The notes beneath the pieces are model-generated. The model saw only the letters and a program-made list of their open reading frames with translations. It was not told the origin of the DNA and ran no database searches. This document shows positions 1 through 13,500 of a DNA stretch of 64,000 nucleotides, one piece after another. Each line of letters begins with the position of its first letter. Within the stretch, counting starts at the first letter, position 1. Source of the stretch: Saccostrea cucullata (lineage: Eukaryota); assembly GCF_032062105.1 (NCBI RefSeq), contig NW_026918226.1, positions 62,001-126,000 of the forward strand. The letters are read 5' to 3'. A program made the translations under genes and the position numbers.

Positions 1-1936
1 CTTGACACTTATAATGCCATCTTCTTAACCAAAACTATTTTTATTTATAGCAACTTTTATAGAAGCTGAGATTGGATCATTGGAAGGTTGTAGACAGACA
101 GACAGACTACAGACTATTAAAATGTGATTTTAAAAAAAGCTCACTTATTGTATGATTATCCTTCGAGGCACTACTCGCAAAATAAAATTCTTCACTTTTA
201 TGTATAAGCGTAAAAATTCTGAAACAAAATACATATGAGAAATCTGCAGTATACGTAGATGCATTTTTACAATGCATTTTATGAAATTCAATTAAGTATG
301 TCAGACAATTAGGTCTGCCAAAATTAATGATTGTCTTAATTAAAGCCATAAGGATTTAAATTGTTGGAATAAAAAAAAAACTTGATCAAATTTCGGGGGT
401 GCAATACATATTAAACATTTGATTAAATTTATTTAAATGACACTTAGGGGGTAATCTCAGATGGATAAAAATATTTGACATCTTCGATTTAATATGACAG
501 ATAAGGCATATTTCTGATTAAATTAAGTACCATCTACTCAATGGATACATTTGTGTGCAGCAAGTATTAAGGTATGAATCAATTAAGCTGAAGAGGAATT
601 GTTCACATGCAGGGACTTAGAAGAAATTTAAATAATTGATGTGCTAAATGGATACAATCTGGACACATTTTGCTGTTGCTATATCAATTACCAATGAATT
701 GTAGACTTTTTGTCTTTAGAAGTCATCATGGTTTCAGTTTCTTGACCATGTAGAGGTCAGAGTATGAAATCAGACATTCAGTTAGGACCCAGAAAGTGGA
801 TTACTGTACACGTTAAAGTCACAAATAAAACCAATTTGGAATTGGTTTACTAGCTCTGAAAGCTGGAATATATCAGCTGTATAAAAAAGAACTTGACCAT
901 TGTAGAATGAAATTTATTACGGAGAAAAAGGCTTGGTAATTACAATCAGAGGTGCCACAGGCATTTTTAGCAATTCTCGGTGTTGGTCATTTAAAAAGTT
1001 CTAAATCGGGAAGCATTATTTTGGTGTATGGTCGGGTTAATAGGCTGAGTTGTGTGATCATTGGATAAACTGTTTACACTTAGGTCAATCAAAAATCACT
1101 TCATTTTTTTCAGTTGCCAAGCACATAAATCTTTTGCCACCTAATATGACCTTTGAGTATATATGCAGTAAAGTGGGGAAAAACCTCACACAAAGGATAG
1201 GGCAAATATTTGGAGAGACATTAATCTTAAATGTTAGATATAGTAGCAACTGTTTCAAATAGGTGGGTGTCAGACATACAATAATGCTGGCTGTATTTTT
1301 TAAACCAATGCCCCCCCCCCCCCCCACCTTTCAATTATTTTTCTTTTCCCAAGCTCCATTCAATTATTTGTAACCCCCCCTCAAGAAGATAAAAGCTCAG
1401 CATCATGCAAGTGACAGAATGGGATTCAAAATTTGTGTTAAAACTTCTATAGCAAAAATTTTTAAGTGTTGTTTGTTGGAAGGAATTTTAAATTTTATTT
1501 TAAGGGGGTAGTAGTGGAATGATAAAGATATTTTTAAAAATCAATTACCTGAGGAATAACCTATTTAAAGTACATGTTTTAACAAATTGAGAATGCATAT
1601 CCTAAAATCAATTTTTATTACTTAAATAGAGCATTTCCAAAAATATAAATTGCATTGTACTCAAACTTTTTTCTCTATTCATGAAGTGTTAAAGGGGTGA
1701 TGAATTATTATATTTACATACAAAAGGATAAAAAAGATCGATCGTTAAAAAGCCATTTGCCTAGATTGAAGTTTTTTGTGGGACTGTTGTGTAAATTTAA
1801 AAAGGTAGAATTCTTTGACATCTTATTATAACCTTCTGAGCAGGGAATAGTTCTTTAATGATAATGCTCAGAATACAAATACAAATGAGGCATTATTGTA
1901 AACAAAGTTAAAAACAGAAAAAAAAGTGGGTCTTAC

Positions 1937-4462
1937 CTTCCAGATTGCCTTATTCGTTCATATTCACCTGTAAATAAAAATTCAAATGAAAAGTTTTAGT
2001 TACGGTTGGACCAAAACTTGCTGATTTCAAATGAGTAAAAAATGAAGAAAAAGCACAAATTCCACACCTCTGTCGAAATCACTGAAACCGATATAAAACC
2101 CTTGACTGTGGGGTTCCGGGTCAAGACCCGACCGGACCGGAAACACATTACGCCACTGGGTCAGCATCCCCAGATCATGTATACACAAAACACTTCTACT
2201 TAATGCTTTACACTGCTGGTTTCTACCATAGAATCAGTGCAACACACTTGTATAGAAACGTCTTGGACCATAGCCATAGAGAAACAAAGGATTCTCTCAG
2301 TGGTTGTAAAGGGTGTTAGTCTGACGGGGTTGTGATAAGACAATGTGCTGAGTAGGGGCTGTGTGTTTTATAGACCGTGTCTGAGGAACTGTTTCATTAA
2401 TATTTCAATATCTAGAAATAAACTTTAATTGTTAGTCACAGCAGAAACAGAGTGCAGGTAGTAATACAATGTAACACAATGGGTGTGATTAAAAACTTTT
2501 GAGTGAAATGACACAGCAAGTCATCTGTGTGGTTATGACACAGAAAATGCAGCTTAATGAATATTAGAAAATCAAAAGACGGGGGGGGGGGGGTTAACGG
2601 ACTTTAATTATTTACTAGGATGATATATCCTGGTGAGAGAGAAAGGATATAGAGAAAAATCATTTTATTCTTTTCCAAAATCGTTTTTATTGTTCTTCGA
2701 AAGTGACACATTAATCTAGCTTTTTTATGAATCGCATTTTTGTTTACAAAAATGTTTCCCGTCTTTCGTTTTTAAGGTAGGGGGTGGGGGTGTTGAATTA
2801 AGCCTGGATTATGAGAATTGGCCAAACTTTCATAAGCCAGACAATCTACCAGACTTGTAATTTATTTGGCCCGGACACTACAATGCACACTTATAGAAGA
2901 TACTGGTATGTTTTTAACGGAGTAGCATGAATTATAAATTAGTCATAAAATGTTTTGGCAGTTGATTATAGCCTCATCGGAAAGAGGGTGGGGTGGGATG
3001 TGTTTTTATTGTTGATTAAGCTTCATAAAGTCGTGTATCTATAAAAAAATAATAAGTCAAGGACCCAAATGTATAAAGTTTACAGATGTATAGATGTATA
3101 GAGAGCTGAAAGAGTATATAAAGATTACCAATCACGCAATATATCACAGAAAACATGCTATGTATACATGTAGAAGGCACAATACAGAGAAATCTCCGAC
3201 ACCATAATACAATGTAACACCGTCACAAACCTTCCTCTTCCTCGTCAAAGGTTAACTGGGTGTTACGATTATCTAAAATTACGTCAAAGAAAAACTTCAA
3301 AGTAAAATGAAAAAAAATTCTCGAATGGGACGTTAAGCAATATACAGTCAATCAATCAAAATACATGCATATTGAATGAGTTTAGTAATATATTGATCGA
3401 ATATGGAATCATTTTCCTTTTCCCGTAATATATTGATCGAATATGGAATTGTTTGCCTTTTCCCGTATCCATCGTATACATTTGCATGTAGGAGTTTTAA
3501 GGAATTTTTAAATGATTGTGGATTCTGGGCAACGAAAATATAATGATACTCATGCACTAGTAATAGTATCGTAACAGTGGGATATAATCTTTGGCTAGTA
3601 TACGATTTAGCAGGCTTTTGACATACGATAGGGGTGGAACGACGTTTGTAAATTGATCCCTGTCACAAATCTTGAAGACTTTCAGTGTTCAACACCTCTC
3701 CACAAATCTATTGTCAAAACTGTTGTTTCACCTCAGTGCAAGTATCAAATGTTTATACCATAATAAAATATTTTTGCCTCGGTAATTTTAAATGCAGGAA
3801 ATCTGGTGTCAGTAGAAACTATTGTAAGCTTTCTAATATACAAAACCAACAAACGTCTGAAACCTTTGTTCAGCATTTGTTTTGTTTTATTCTTTTTTCC
3901 CCCAATTTTGACAATATATTATATTTTTTTATCACTCAAGAAACTTTGATGTTAAACCATATTTAACTGCAAGCACAAGTGCATTAAGGATTATAACGTT
4001 TGGCCGATTTGGGGGTCACAATACGATGTATAATACGAAGTATAATGTGTATGTGATATTATGCTTTTAAAGGATTATTGTATAGACTTATTAGAGGAAA
4101 GATTAAACGGTGCATTGCTTTGTTAAACTCGATTAAATGCCCATTTCAACCGTCTCATTTTTTTTATGTAAAACTAATTATTTTCAAGAATGCACGGTTA
4201 CATTTATCGCTCATTTTATTTTTCCAATTAAAATAAAAATTAATTCATAAGAAAATAAGTCTTGGCAAGCAACGAAATCGTATTGATTTTATCAGATCAG
4301 CTCAATATAAATGTAAACATTATGTAATCTAGGTATTTAAAAAAGATGTATACAAAAAACAATGTTCATTTTTAAAGCATTTCAAAAAACTTTGTATACT
4401 GAAGATAATTATCATTTAAATCTAAATGAACATTTACCTTTAACGCCAACATCGGCTGCCAT
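1937..4462 (-). CDS. Candidate first two small coding exons (4462-4438, 1967-1937) of a gene continuing leftward; product unknown (MAADVGVKGEYERIRQSG...)
   Basis: ATG at 4462 followed by strong donor AAG|GTAAAT; exon 1967-1937 flanked by TTTACAG acceptor and AAG|GTAAGA donor; phases compatible; promoter-like motifs (GTAGCAAC, CCACGTGACGTAA) at about 4575-4612. No homology recognised. Confidence 0.3.
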
Positions 4463-6023
4463 TATTTTACTTTTCCTTCTTTTCCTTTTACCAATTTAAA
4501 AAGTTTTTCTTCTCAGCACATGGTATATTAAAACTCCGTAAGGGAAAGTGAAACACTCTCCCATTTAAAGCGCGCGTAGCAACGACCTTTGACATAGCCA
4601 CGTGACGTAACAATGTGTCTCTTAGTACAATATTAACGTGCAGCATAACTAAAGGGATTTACCTGCAAAATTTTTCTTTCGGTATACACAATATAAAGAA
4701 AAAATCGATATGAATGGAAAATATCATAAATGATTAAAAATTATTGTCAACGATTGGTAGGGTGTTCAGTTGATTCTTCCCACATAGCTTGTAGTCAATT
4801 TCAGCATTTAGTTATTCGACAATCGCCAAACGATAAAGTCCAGGAAATTATTTTTAAAACATTTGATTTTTTTTATTTTTCTCTTTACAAGATGTATATT
4901 TACCAAGTTTAATATTCAAATGAACTAATATTTGTCAGGGGCAAGTCACAATCATTTGAAGCACAGTATTTGCTGAATGCTATTGTGTTTCAAGATTCAA
5001 GAACGCGAGTAAATGATAGATTTTAAAATTGTTCACTTATCAACACAATGCTTATTTTAATACCAGATAAATAGGCAATGAGTTTTGCGCATTTTTATTG
5101 AAAAGAACTTAGAGATCGAGTTTTCATTAGACAGAAAACATGGTATAAATTTCACTGGGTATGTATACGGGACGAAAAAAAAAAGCCAATTGGTTGCAGA
5201 ATTTGTTCAAGATTTTGCAGAATTTAGAAAGATCATATCTTATGTAATCAGTACTACATAGTTTTGTTTAAACAGAGATAAAACTTGAGCAGACGTCACA
5301 AGTAATGTACTGTATTAAGAAGATTATTGATCTGAGGTGATAAGCTAGATTAAAACAATACATCCATTATTCATCTGACAAATTTTGAAAAGACACAGCG
5401 ATAGCAAATACACTGTAGTCTAAAGACTTGATATGGACGGTGCTAGTTATATGACTCGACAGGGAGAGAAATATAGGGTATATAAGACAGACAAGAACAC
5501 AGCCCTAGAAATATATAAAATCACCCCAATACGAAAGCAAGCATATAATTGTGCGTTCGTTATCATTAAGGTGTTTATTCTGAACGCAGCAAAGGAAAGA
5601 TGGTGGCCGAAGATGAAAGGGTAAAGGAAAGGGGGGGGGGTGCCGAAGAAACACTAAGTAATATGTATATATACATTAAATAAAAAATGTTGACACTTAG
5701 TGAGTCCGCCTTATTTGACATATCCGAATTTAAAAATTCTCATTTATTGAAAACACGAGCACCAAAAGGTAATCATAAAGAATTAATAATTTTATGAATG
5801 TATGTATTCATATCATCACAATGACATGTATAACGAAATGGGACTTTTCTTCAGGAAATCATAATGTACTTTTTACAGCGAAAGTATTTTCAAAGAAAAT
5901 ACATCCCCCTTTTCATACCAGGAGGCGCTTTCTTTAAAGAAAGATAACTCTCCCTATATTTATACTAGTACATGTTATAGAAAACACCGTATGGGCGTAC
6001 ACATTTTAATTTTTATTTTACAG

Positions 6024-8793
6024 GATGCAGTTCTTTCATCCATGCACATGTTGAAGAAATCACCTTAAACAGACTCGAACCAGGGGCATCGGAGAACAAG
6101 CATGACAACTGCACCACTGGATCAGAATTTTGTCTCTCTGAACCAAACTCGTTGCCCTCCATCACCAGTTGTGTAGTACAGTCAAGTGGAGAATCTGGTT
6201 CGATCCCCTCAACTCCGCCCTGTAAGCGACTTATCGAGATGCCAAAGATTCCTCGGAGAGTGACCCGGACATACCGCGCCAAGCGACGGAACGGGCATTA
6301 CCTCACCCCCACGTTATGGGACACACCAGTCAAAAACCCTAACATAAACTCTGTATACTCCAGAAACGAAGGTATGCAAAAAATACCCCCAAGGAAGAAG
6401 CTTAGACTCTAAATATCTTTATTGTATGTATTTATTTGTATAAAAGTATATTTGCATAAAAACGGCGAATATTTTCATGTTTTTCCATTCACCATTTTCT
6501 TTGTTTCACCACAGAATTGCACAGTATACTCTTCGATTTTATGAAGTTTGTAGATTTGATTTATTAAAAATTAATATATAATATTTTACAATTAATGATT
6601 ACAGTGCCCTTCCACAAAGTAAGAAGAAAGCTGCATTTTGGTAGAAAGCCCCCTACAGATAGGCATAACACTGAGGTAAATTTAGTAGTACATATGTATA
6701 CATGTACATGAATGAATTTATTTTTTTTATATACAAATGTAGATAAACAGCTATTTAATATTTATCAAAAACCTTTTCACCATGTCTTTAGTAGAGCAAG
6801 AGATAAGGGGTCTGAATTCGAAGTTGAAGCATTAATTTTTTAGCTCACCTCAACGAAGTTGGGGGAGCTTATGTAATACCCTCGGCGTCGGCGTCCCGGG
6901 TTAAGGTTAAGTTTTTTGGAGCAGTTTTCTTTTTAAGTACTTCTATGTCCTATATTGATTAGACATGCATGGAAGATGGTTCTAGTGTGTTTCATTGTAC
7001 CAGTCAAAGTTTCAGATGCTGCAATTTTAGCAAAGGAATGACTAGGTTAATGTTTTTGGAGCAGGTTAACATTTTTGGTGCAGTTTTTGGTGTAGGTTTC
7101 ATTTCCAAGTAGCTATAAGCCCTATGTTAACCAAACTTGCATGGATGATACATCTAAGGATGCATACTACCGGGCTTGCTTCGGATGCTGAATCTGACCT
7201 ACTTTTTCCGGTTGAGTGAACAGGTTAAAGTTTTTTGGTGCAGGTTTCATTTCCAAGTATCTGTAAGTCCTATGTTGACCAAACTTGCATGGATGATACA
7301 TCTAAGGATGGATACAACCAGGCTTGCTTCGGATGCTGAATCTGACCTACATTTTCCGGTTGAGTGAACAGGTTAAAGTTTTTGGTGCAGGTTTCATTTC
7401 CAAGTATCTGTAAGTCCTATGTTGACCAAACTTGCATGGATGATACATCTAGGGCTGGATACTACCAGGCTTGCTTCGGATGCTGAATCTGACCTACATT
7501 TTCCGGTTGAGTGAACAGGTTAAAGTTTTTGGTGCAGGTTTCATTTCCAAGTAACTATAAGCCCTATGTTGACCAAACTTGCATGGATGATAAATCTAAG
7601 GATGGATACTATCGGGCTTGCTTCGGATGCTGAATCTGACCTACATTTTCCAGTTGAGTGAACAGGTTAAAGTGTTTGGAGCAGGTTTCATTTGCAAGTA
7701 ACTTTAAGCCCTATGTTGACCAAACTTGCATGGATGATAAATCTAAGGATGCACACTACCGGGCTTCGGATGCTGAATCTGACCTACATTTTCCGGTTGA
7801 GTGAACAAGTAAAAGTTTTTGGTGCAGGTTTCATTTCCAAGTAACTATGAGTTCTTTAATGACCAATCTTGCATGGATGATACCTCTTAGGATGCATACT
7901 ACCAGGCTTGCTTCGGATGCTGAATCTGACCTACATTTTGTGGATGAGTGAAAATGTTAGTTTTTGATGTATGTTTCATTTCCAATTAACTATGAGCCTT
8001 ATAATGTGCAAACTTGCATGGACGATACATCTTAGGATGCACACTAATGGACTTGCTTCGGATGCTGAATTCGACATATATATTTTTCAGACAATAGACC
8101 AGGTTAAAGTTATGGTTGCAGGTCTATTACCAAAAAACTTTAAGGCTTTTATAACATTGTATAAACCAAACTTGCACAAATGTTGCATCAAGAGATGAAA
8201 ACTCAAATTTGCTTTAGATGCTGAATTACATTTTCATGAAGAACTACTTTAAATTTTTTATGTTGGTCTACTTCAGTATCAGATCAAAATTGCTTAGATA
8301 TTTTCATTTTTGGAATGTACATTTTTTGTTGGTTAATTGTGTGACTTTGCCTTATTTAAAGACAACATTCGTTGAGGTGAGCTCTGTAATCTCTGATTAC
8401 CTATGTTTTTTTTTTGAATTCCTTACTTTGTGAGCACCCATTGAATAATGCATGATTTAAATTTACTAGTACTTTTTACTAGTTAAATATTTTAATAGTG
8501 ATCAATTTTATTTTCTTTCTTTACAGTCTGACAAAGAACCCTCATCATCTGATATCAGTGACAAAAAGAAAGTCATGGAAACTGCAAAGGATGATGGGAA
8601 CAGAGAAGTCACTATGGCAACGGAAGAAGATGAGCCCTTGGCTGTACCCCTTGTCAAAGGAAACAAGACAGCTAGAGAACTCAAACATTTAAGTGACCTC
8701 AGTGACCTGCTGCCCACCCGTCTTAGATCCTCCACCAAGTTTTGTAGTGAATCTCATATGCAAGATTTTACATTTCATGGCTTAAGGGCATAG
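6024..8793 (+). CDS. Spliced gene of unknown function, 5' end unresolved (exons 6024-6371, 6605-6675, 8527-8793); low-complexity Ser/Pro/Lys-rich protein
   Basis: Three open exons joined by GT-AG introns with matching phases (1 and 0); they link ORF-track fragments 6152..6412 and 8575..8793; contains KVRRKLHFG. Confidence 0.5.
6836..8414 (+). mobile_element. Non-autonomous Helentron-associated element (HINE/DINE-1-like) carrying a satellite-like array, inserted in an intron
   Basis: Subterminal inverted repeats AGCTCACCTCAACGAA (6842-6857) / TTCGTTGAGGTGAGCT (8368-8383); 3' palindrome GTAATC-tct-GATTAC (8386-8400); T-rich flanks; internal tandem array. Confidence 0.8.
6940..8240. repeat. Tandem repeat, about 147-bp unit, about 8-9 copies
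   Basis: GGTGCAGGTTTCATTTCCAAGTA recurs at 7237, 7384, 7531 and 7821, with variants at 7089 and 7678; outer copies are more diverged. Confidence 0.95.
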
Positions 8794-10545
8794 GTACATA
8801 AGATCTATGTATGCCATGCAATTATCGAGTGCTTATGTTCTGCACTATGTTGGAAAACCTCAGCATTAGTTTTACTTTTCAACATCTTGCCATGTTATAC
8901 TTTTTATAGTGTTCAGCAATGAGTGCTTCTATTGTCCAGATAGACAATTCTGACATTATGGTAGTCATTTTTATGATGGGAAAAATACTCAGAGTCGATG
9001 CAGAAATTGTAATGTTTGTTTTAATAGGATCATTTCCTTGTTTATTTTTCTTTTTAATTTTTTGTCAGATAGTTGTGTAAGTTGGTTTAAGATGGTCAGA
9101 GTCCCTAATATACATAATTATTTAATAAATAAGGTAAATAATAATCTTTTTGGTTTAAATGGACCATTTTATACTGAATTATTATATATTTTTTTTAGAA
9201 AAGACTGGATTTTGTACAGTATACATGTATATTCACATTTTTACCAATTCCTTTGTACATGTAAATTGCTAACAGATGTTTTATTGTAAGGTGCAGTTTT
9301 AATTTCTCCAATGTTTTACTATTTTTTCTTCAATATAATTATGTACATTTTGTACATACACATGTATATGGAAGAGAATTATTAATTTTTATGAAGAGAA
9401 AGAGTTGGTATTCTGAAGAGATTCTGCTTGCTCTTTTTTGGTTTTTAATATGAAGCGGATTGTTGTTTCATGTCTTTGTGTATATATATAAAATTAATCA
9501 CTTGAACCTTGAAAAAAACAGTAAACATATTAAATTTCATTTTAAAGCTGTGTTATCCAAAAGACTGCAATAGTGTTTTTGGTTGATTTTTTTAATACAA
9601 TATTGGTGGTGCTTGAGACATTTCAGAGTGCATTTTGTTTTAAATATGTGTTTAGAGTATATGTAATAATGATCACAAGTATGATACAAGAAAAAGCAAT
9701 TTAGATTTTTCTTTTATCAAAAGAAAAAATTCAAAAGAATTTTTTTCTCCTTCATGTGCTTTTGTTGCTGCAGATTTTCATAGTGCATTTCATTTTGTTG
9801 TCCATTTGCTTGACCATGTATGATATGTATGTCAGGTCAGCATACAGTGTACATGTCAACAAAATTATCGTTTTTCTTTGAGAAACCAATTTAGTAGGTG
9901 ATTTTTATGTGCAATTTGATGATCATTTGTTATGTTTCTTTTGAATAATAATGCCTGATTTTGTTGCATTATTTTTTTTTTTTATAAGTTTCTGATGTTG
10001 GTGACAAATTTTATAGAGGATGTACCGTATTGTTGACTCTTGTTTTTGTATAGTAGATGCATGCTTTATAGATGATACTATATTTCAGTTATTAAATAAT
10101 TCAACAACAAAAAAAATCCTTACGTGATTGTTTATAAAGCAATATACAGGTTACTGAGGTTACTAAGTAGTAAAGTTATATAAAATAGATTTAGCCTTAA
10201 ACTAAAATTCAAAAGCCATATTAAAATAGTGTAGAAAATTCATGTATATGTACATTTCCTGAGCTATATTTTGTACATGGTACAGATATTCAAACGCATA
10301 TAAAGAACACATATTGTAATACTTGCACAATAAGTATGACTAATGAAATAACTATTGATTTGCTATTTAGACAGTTCTATAAATCACTTATTCTTTATTA
10401 AAGAAAGGTCATAGAAAAATCAACTGCTCAAATTCTTTCAAACAGTGAAATAAAATTTAATTTAGTGAAACATTACATGGATCTTTGAACAAAATGTGAA
10501 TCTTAATTATTATTGAAAGATGAAAATTTCATTATATTTTGAATG

Positions 10546-13500
10546 TTAAGAAGGATCAGAGAACTTGTAAAATAACTCGGTATTTTCAATTAGAGTCTTA
10601 GCCAGAGACAGTGGAGGAATATCCACGATTCCTGCCAAAAGTTCAACCACACAATGCAGTATAGTGGGCACAGAACTGCCATCTTCACCAAACATGTTCT
10701 GTAAACTCTCTGGATGCAAATATCGTAATTGTTTTTGTGAGAAATTGATTTGAAAGTCTTTCATGTTGTGCCATGCCTTTCTCTTTATTTCACCAATGAA
10801 GGAGTGAGGTGCATTGCTCTGTAGAATTATTTTTTCCACCGGGATGACTTTATTCTTTATAAGGGAGGCTACTCTAGAATTATGTTTCAAATTAGCACCT
10901 GAAATAAAAAATAGAAATTAATTTCATTTTATAAGCAATATGATGCAGTGAAAATCAAAAATACAAAAACATTTTAAGAATATACATGTGTACTGTATAC
11001 AAGGAATTTTTTTCCATTTCCTCCTTCTCACTGGTGGGCAAATACATGTATACATAAGATGGAATGAATTAAACAACAGCATTGTGACTGGTTGAATTTA
11101 AAATGGGGCAAAAAATGTGAAAGCATGAAAATAAGATGGGGCGAAAATAACTGTATACAGTATCTATATTGATTGTTAACTACCGTATTCCCTATATTAA
11201 TGTCCTTACCTTCAATCATAATAAAACAACCAAAATCTTTGACTAGAGTGGAAATGTCCTCTTCAGTGAATATGCCATTTTCATTAAGAGAAACACAGTA
11301 GGAGTATATCATAAGCCGGTAATAATGAAGGGCATCTAGGAAGTCTTTATGGATGCTCTGTTTAGGACCTACATGAAAACGTATTGGTATCTTTTGGTTG
11401 TAACAGAATGGAATCTGCAAGTAGATAGAATTATTTGTTAAATAGTACATGTATTGGGCTAAAACAATGTTACAGTGAAAGGAGATAATCAAGAGAGTGT
11501 TATTTTAAAGTCACAGTAAGCCAATATGACAACTAATTCATATAACCTCTCACTTCTATTCCCAAAAGTTTATTATATAAACCAGCCAGGGAATATCTTT
11601 CTGAAAATGTAGTTTACTCTCTATAAGTATAATAAGCCATGGTTTGAAATAATTGTTTTGACATTGTCATGTATCTTTAGATAGAATACAATATATTGGC
11701 AAACTTGGGGGGATGCCACCCCCCCCCTTTTCAGTTTCTGCATCCATTTATTCAGAGGAATTTCATTTTATACGTGTAATACTGGTATGTTTGATGAAAA
11801 TCTTAAAGTTCAGCATTAGAAAAGCAGGGCTTGTATTCATTATGCTGTTTGTATACTGCACTGAATTAAGATCTGCAACACTCACAATTTCTTTAAAGTC
11901 CTGCAGCTGTTTTTCTTGAGTAAGTTTGCTGGCACGATAACCCAGAGGAACATCTCCAACACAAGCAAAGGCTTTGTGACTCCGGATTTGTTTGACATAC
12001 CTCAAACAAGACCTCACGTCTGAATTGTTTTTCTGAAGATCCAGATCAAAACCTGCAAAAGAGGAAACAAATCATAAACGTTTACATTATATATATTATG
12101 TTTTCACCAGAAAATAAGAATGTGAATCAAAATGATTGAAATCTCTCTTAATTCATAACTGAAATGAACTTAAAAATGAAATGTCCGTATTTGAACTCAA
12201 AGGTTATAAAAACTTTTAAAAAGTATAAAATCTTTTCTTTATATAGTTCAGAATGACAATGTCTATTTTTTCTCATTACCTACATCCACATAGATAAAAT
12301 GTTTGTACTTGTTGTCTTTACAGAATGCCAGGGCAGCTTTAGACTCCTCCATGTCTACTGTGTCAGCCTTGACTACTAACCGCTGGATACCTAAAATTGA
12401 TGAAGTTCACAATTTAATAGAAGAGAAAGATGAAAGTTTGATTAAAAGTTTAATAAATTTGATATAGTTCAGTAATCTGTGATAGGTTATCATTAAGCTC
12501 GTTGATTTCTTTTTGATGCTAATTGCTTTCTTCAGGCTGCATGGTGATGAACAAAGCATCTAGAACTCTTGGGATGCTTATCAAATAGTTTTTGTCAATA
12601 GGGTTTGATATTTTGTGTCAAAGGGATAAACTAGCGTGTGACAAGATAATTTAATCCAAAGGGCTATCAAATTCTAAGCATCCTTAATATATATTAAATG
12701 GGTGTTTGAGCATTGGGCATTAAAAATTTGTACATGCATGCTTGTATAAAGGATAGGTTTTTGACAATATGAATCAATGTCAAATTAGACTGAATTACCT
12801 TTTGATGCAAGATTATGGACAAAAGTTTTATGCTTTTTCTTGAAATCTTTGAAGTCAAAGAAAAAACATCCACAGTCAATAACACTGTAACCAAACTGTG
12901 TTTTGATTTCCTTCAGCAGAGGACATGATGTAACTTGGTCAGCCTTTCCATGGATTCTCCAGCTTTTGATGCTTTTAAATTGTAACAATTGTCTGCTATT
13001 GACTTTCTGGATTGTCAAGTTATCAGCTAATGAAGAGGCTGTCCTACAACAGTAATGGATATAAATAGTTTTAAATAAGATGTTGGTATAAAAAAAGAAG
13101 CTATAGACATTAAGATATACAATGTATTTATCTCAATCTTTGCCAAGTACTGTAAGTCCTTTTAATTCTATGGTGTTAAAATTTAACGAGTTATTAAAAG
13201 GTACTAATCTCAATTGATTTACCAAATTTCATGCTGCAAGAACTTAATTTTAATTTTTTATATGCATTTGAACATTTTTAAAAACCAATGATAGAATTCA
13301 TGATGGGTGTAATTTCCCAGATAAGATAATTAAATAAAAATTCGCAAATATAGTGAAATTAAAACCATCATGATTATTTTTCCAATCTACAGAATATGTA
13401 GTAGCAAAGTATGGAGAGAAAAAGTTGTCACCCTGTCTTTTACTGCTTATGATGGTATAATGCACCCAACTTCACTAATTTTTTTCTGAATGCAAATACT

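Noticed and set aside
3386-3467. Roughly 40-bp tandem duplication
   Set aside because: Two copies only; ordinary slippage with no further structure.
7176-8433. Short ORFs with mutual similarity
   Set aside because: Translations of the 147-bp tandem repeat.
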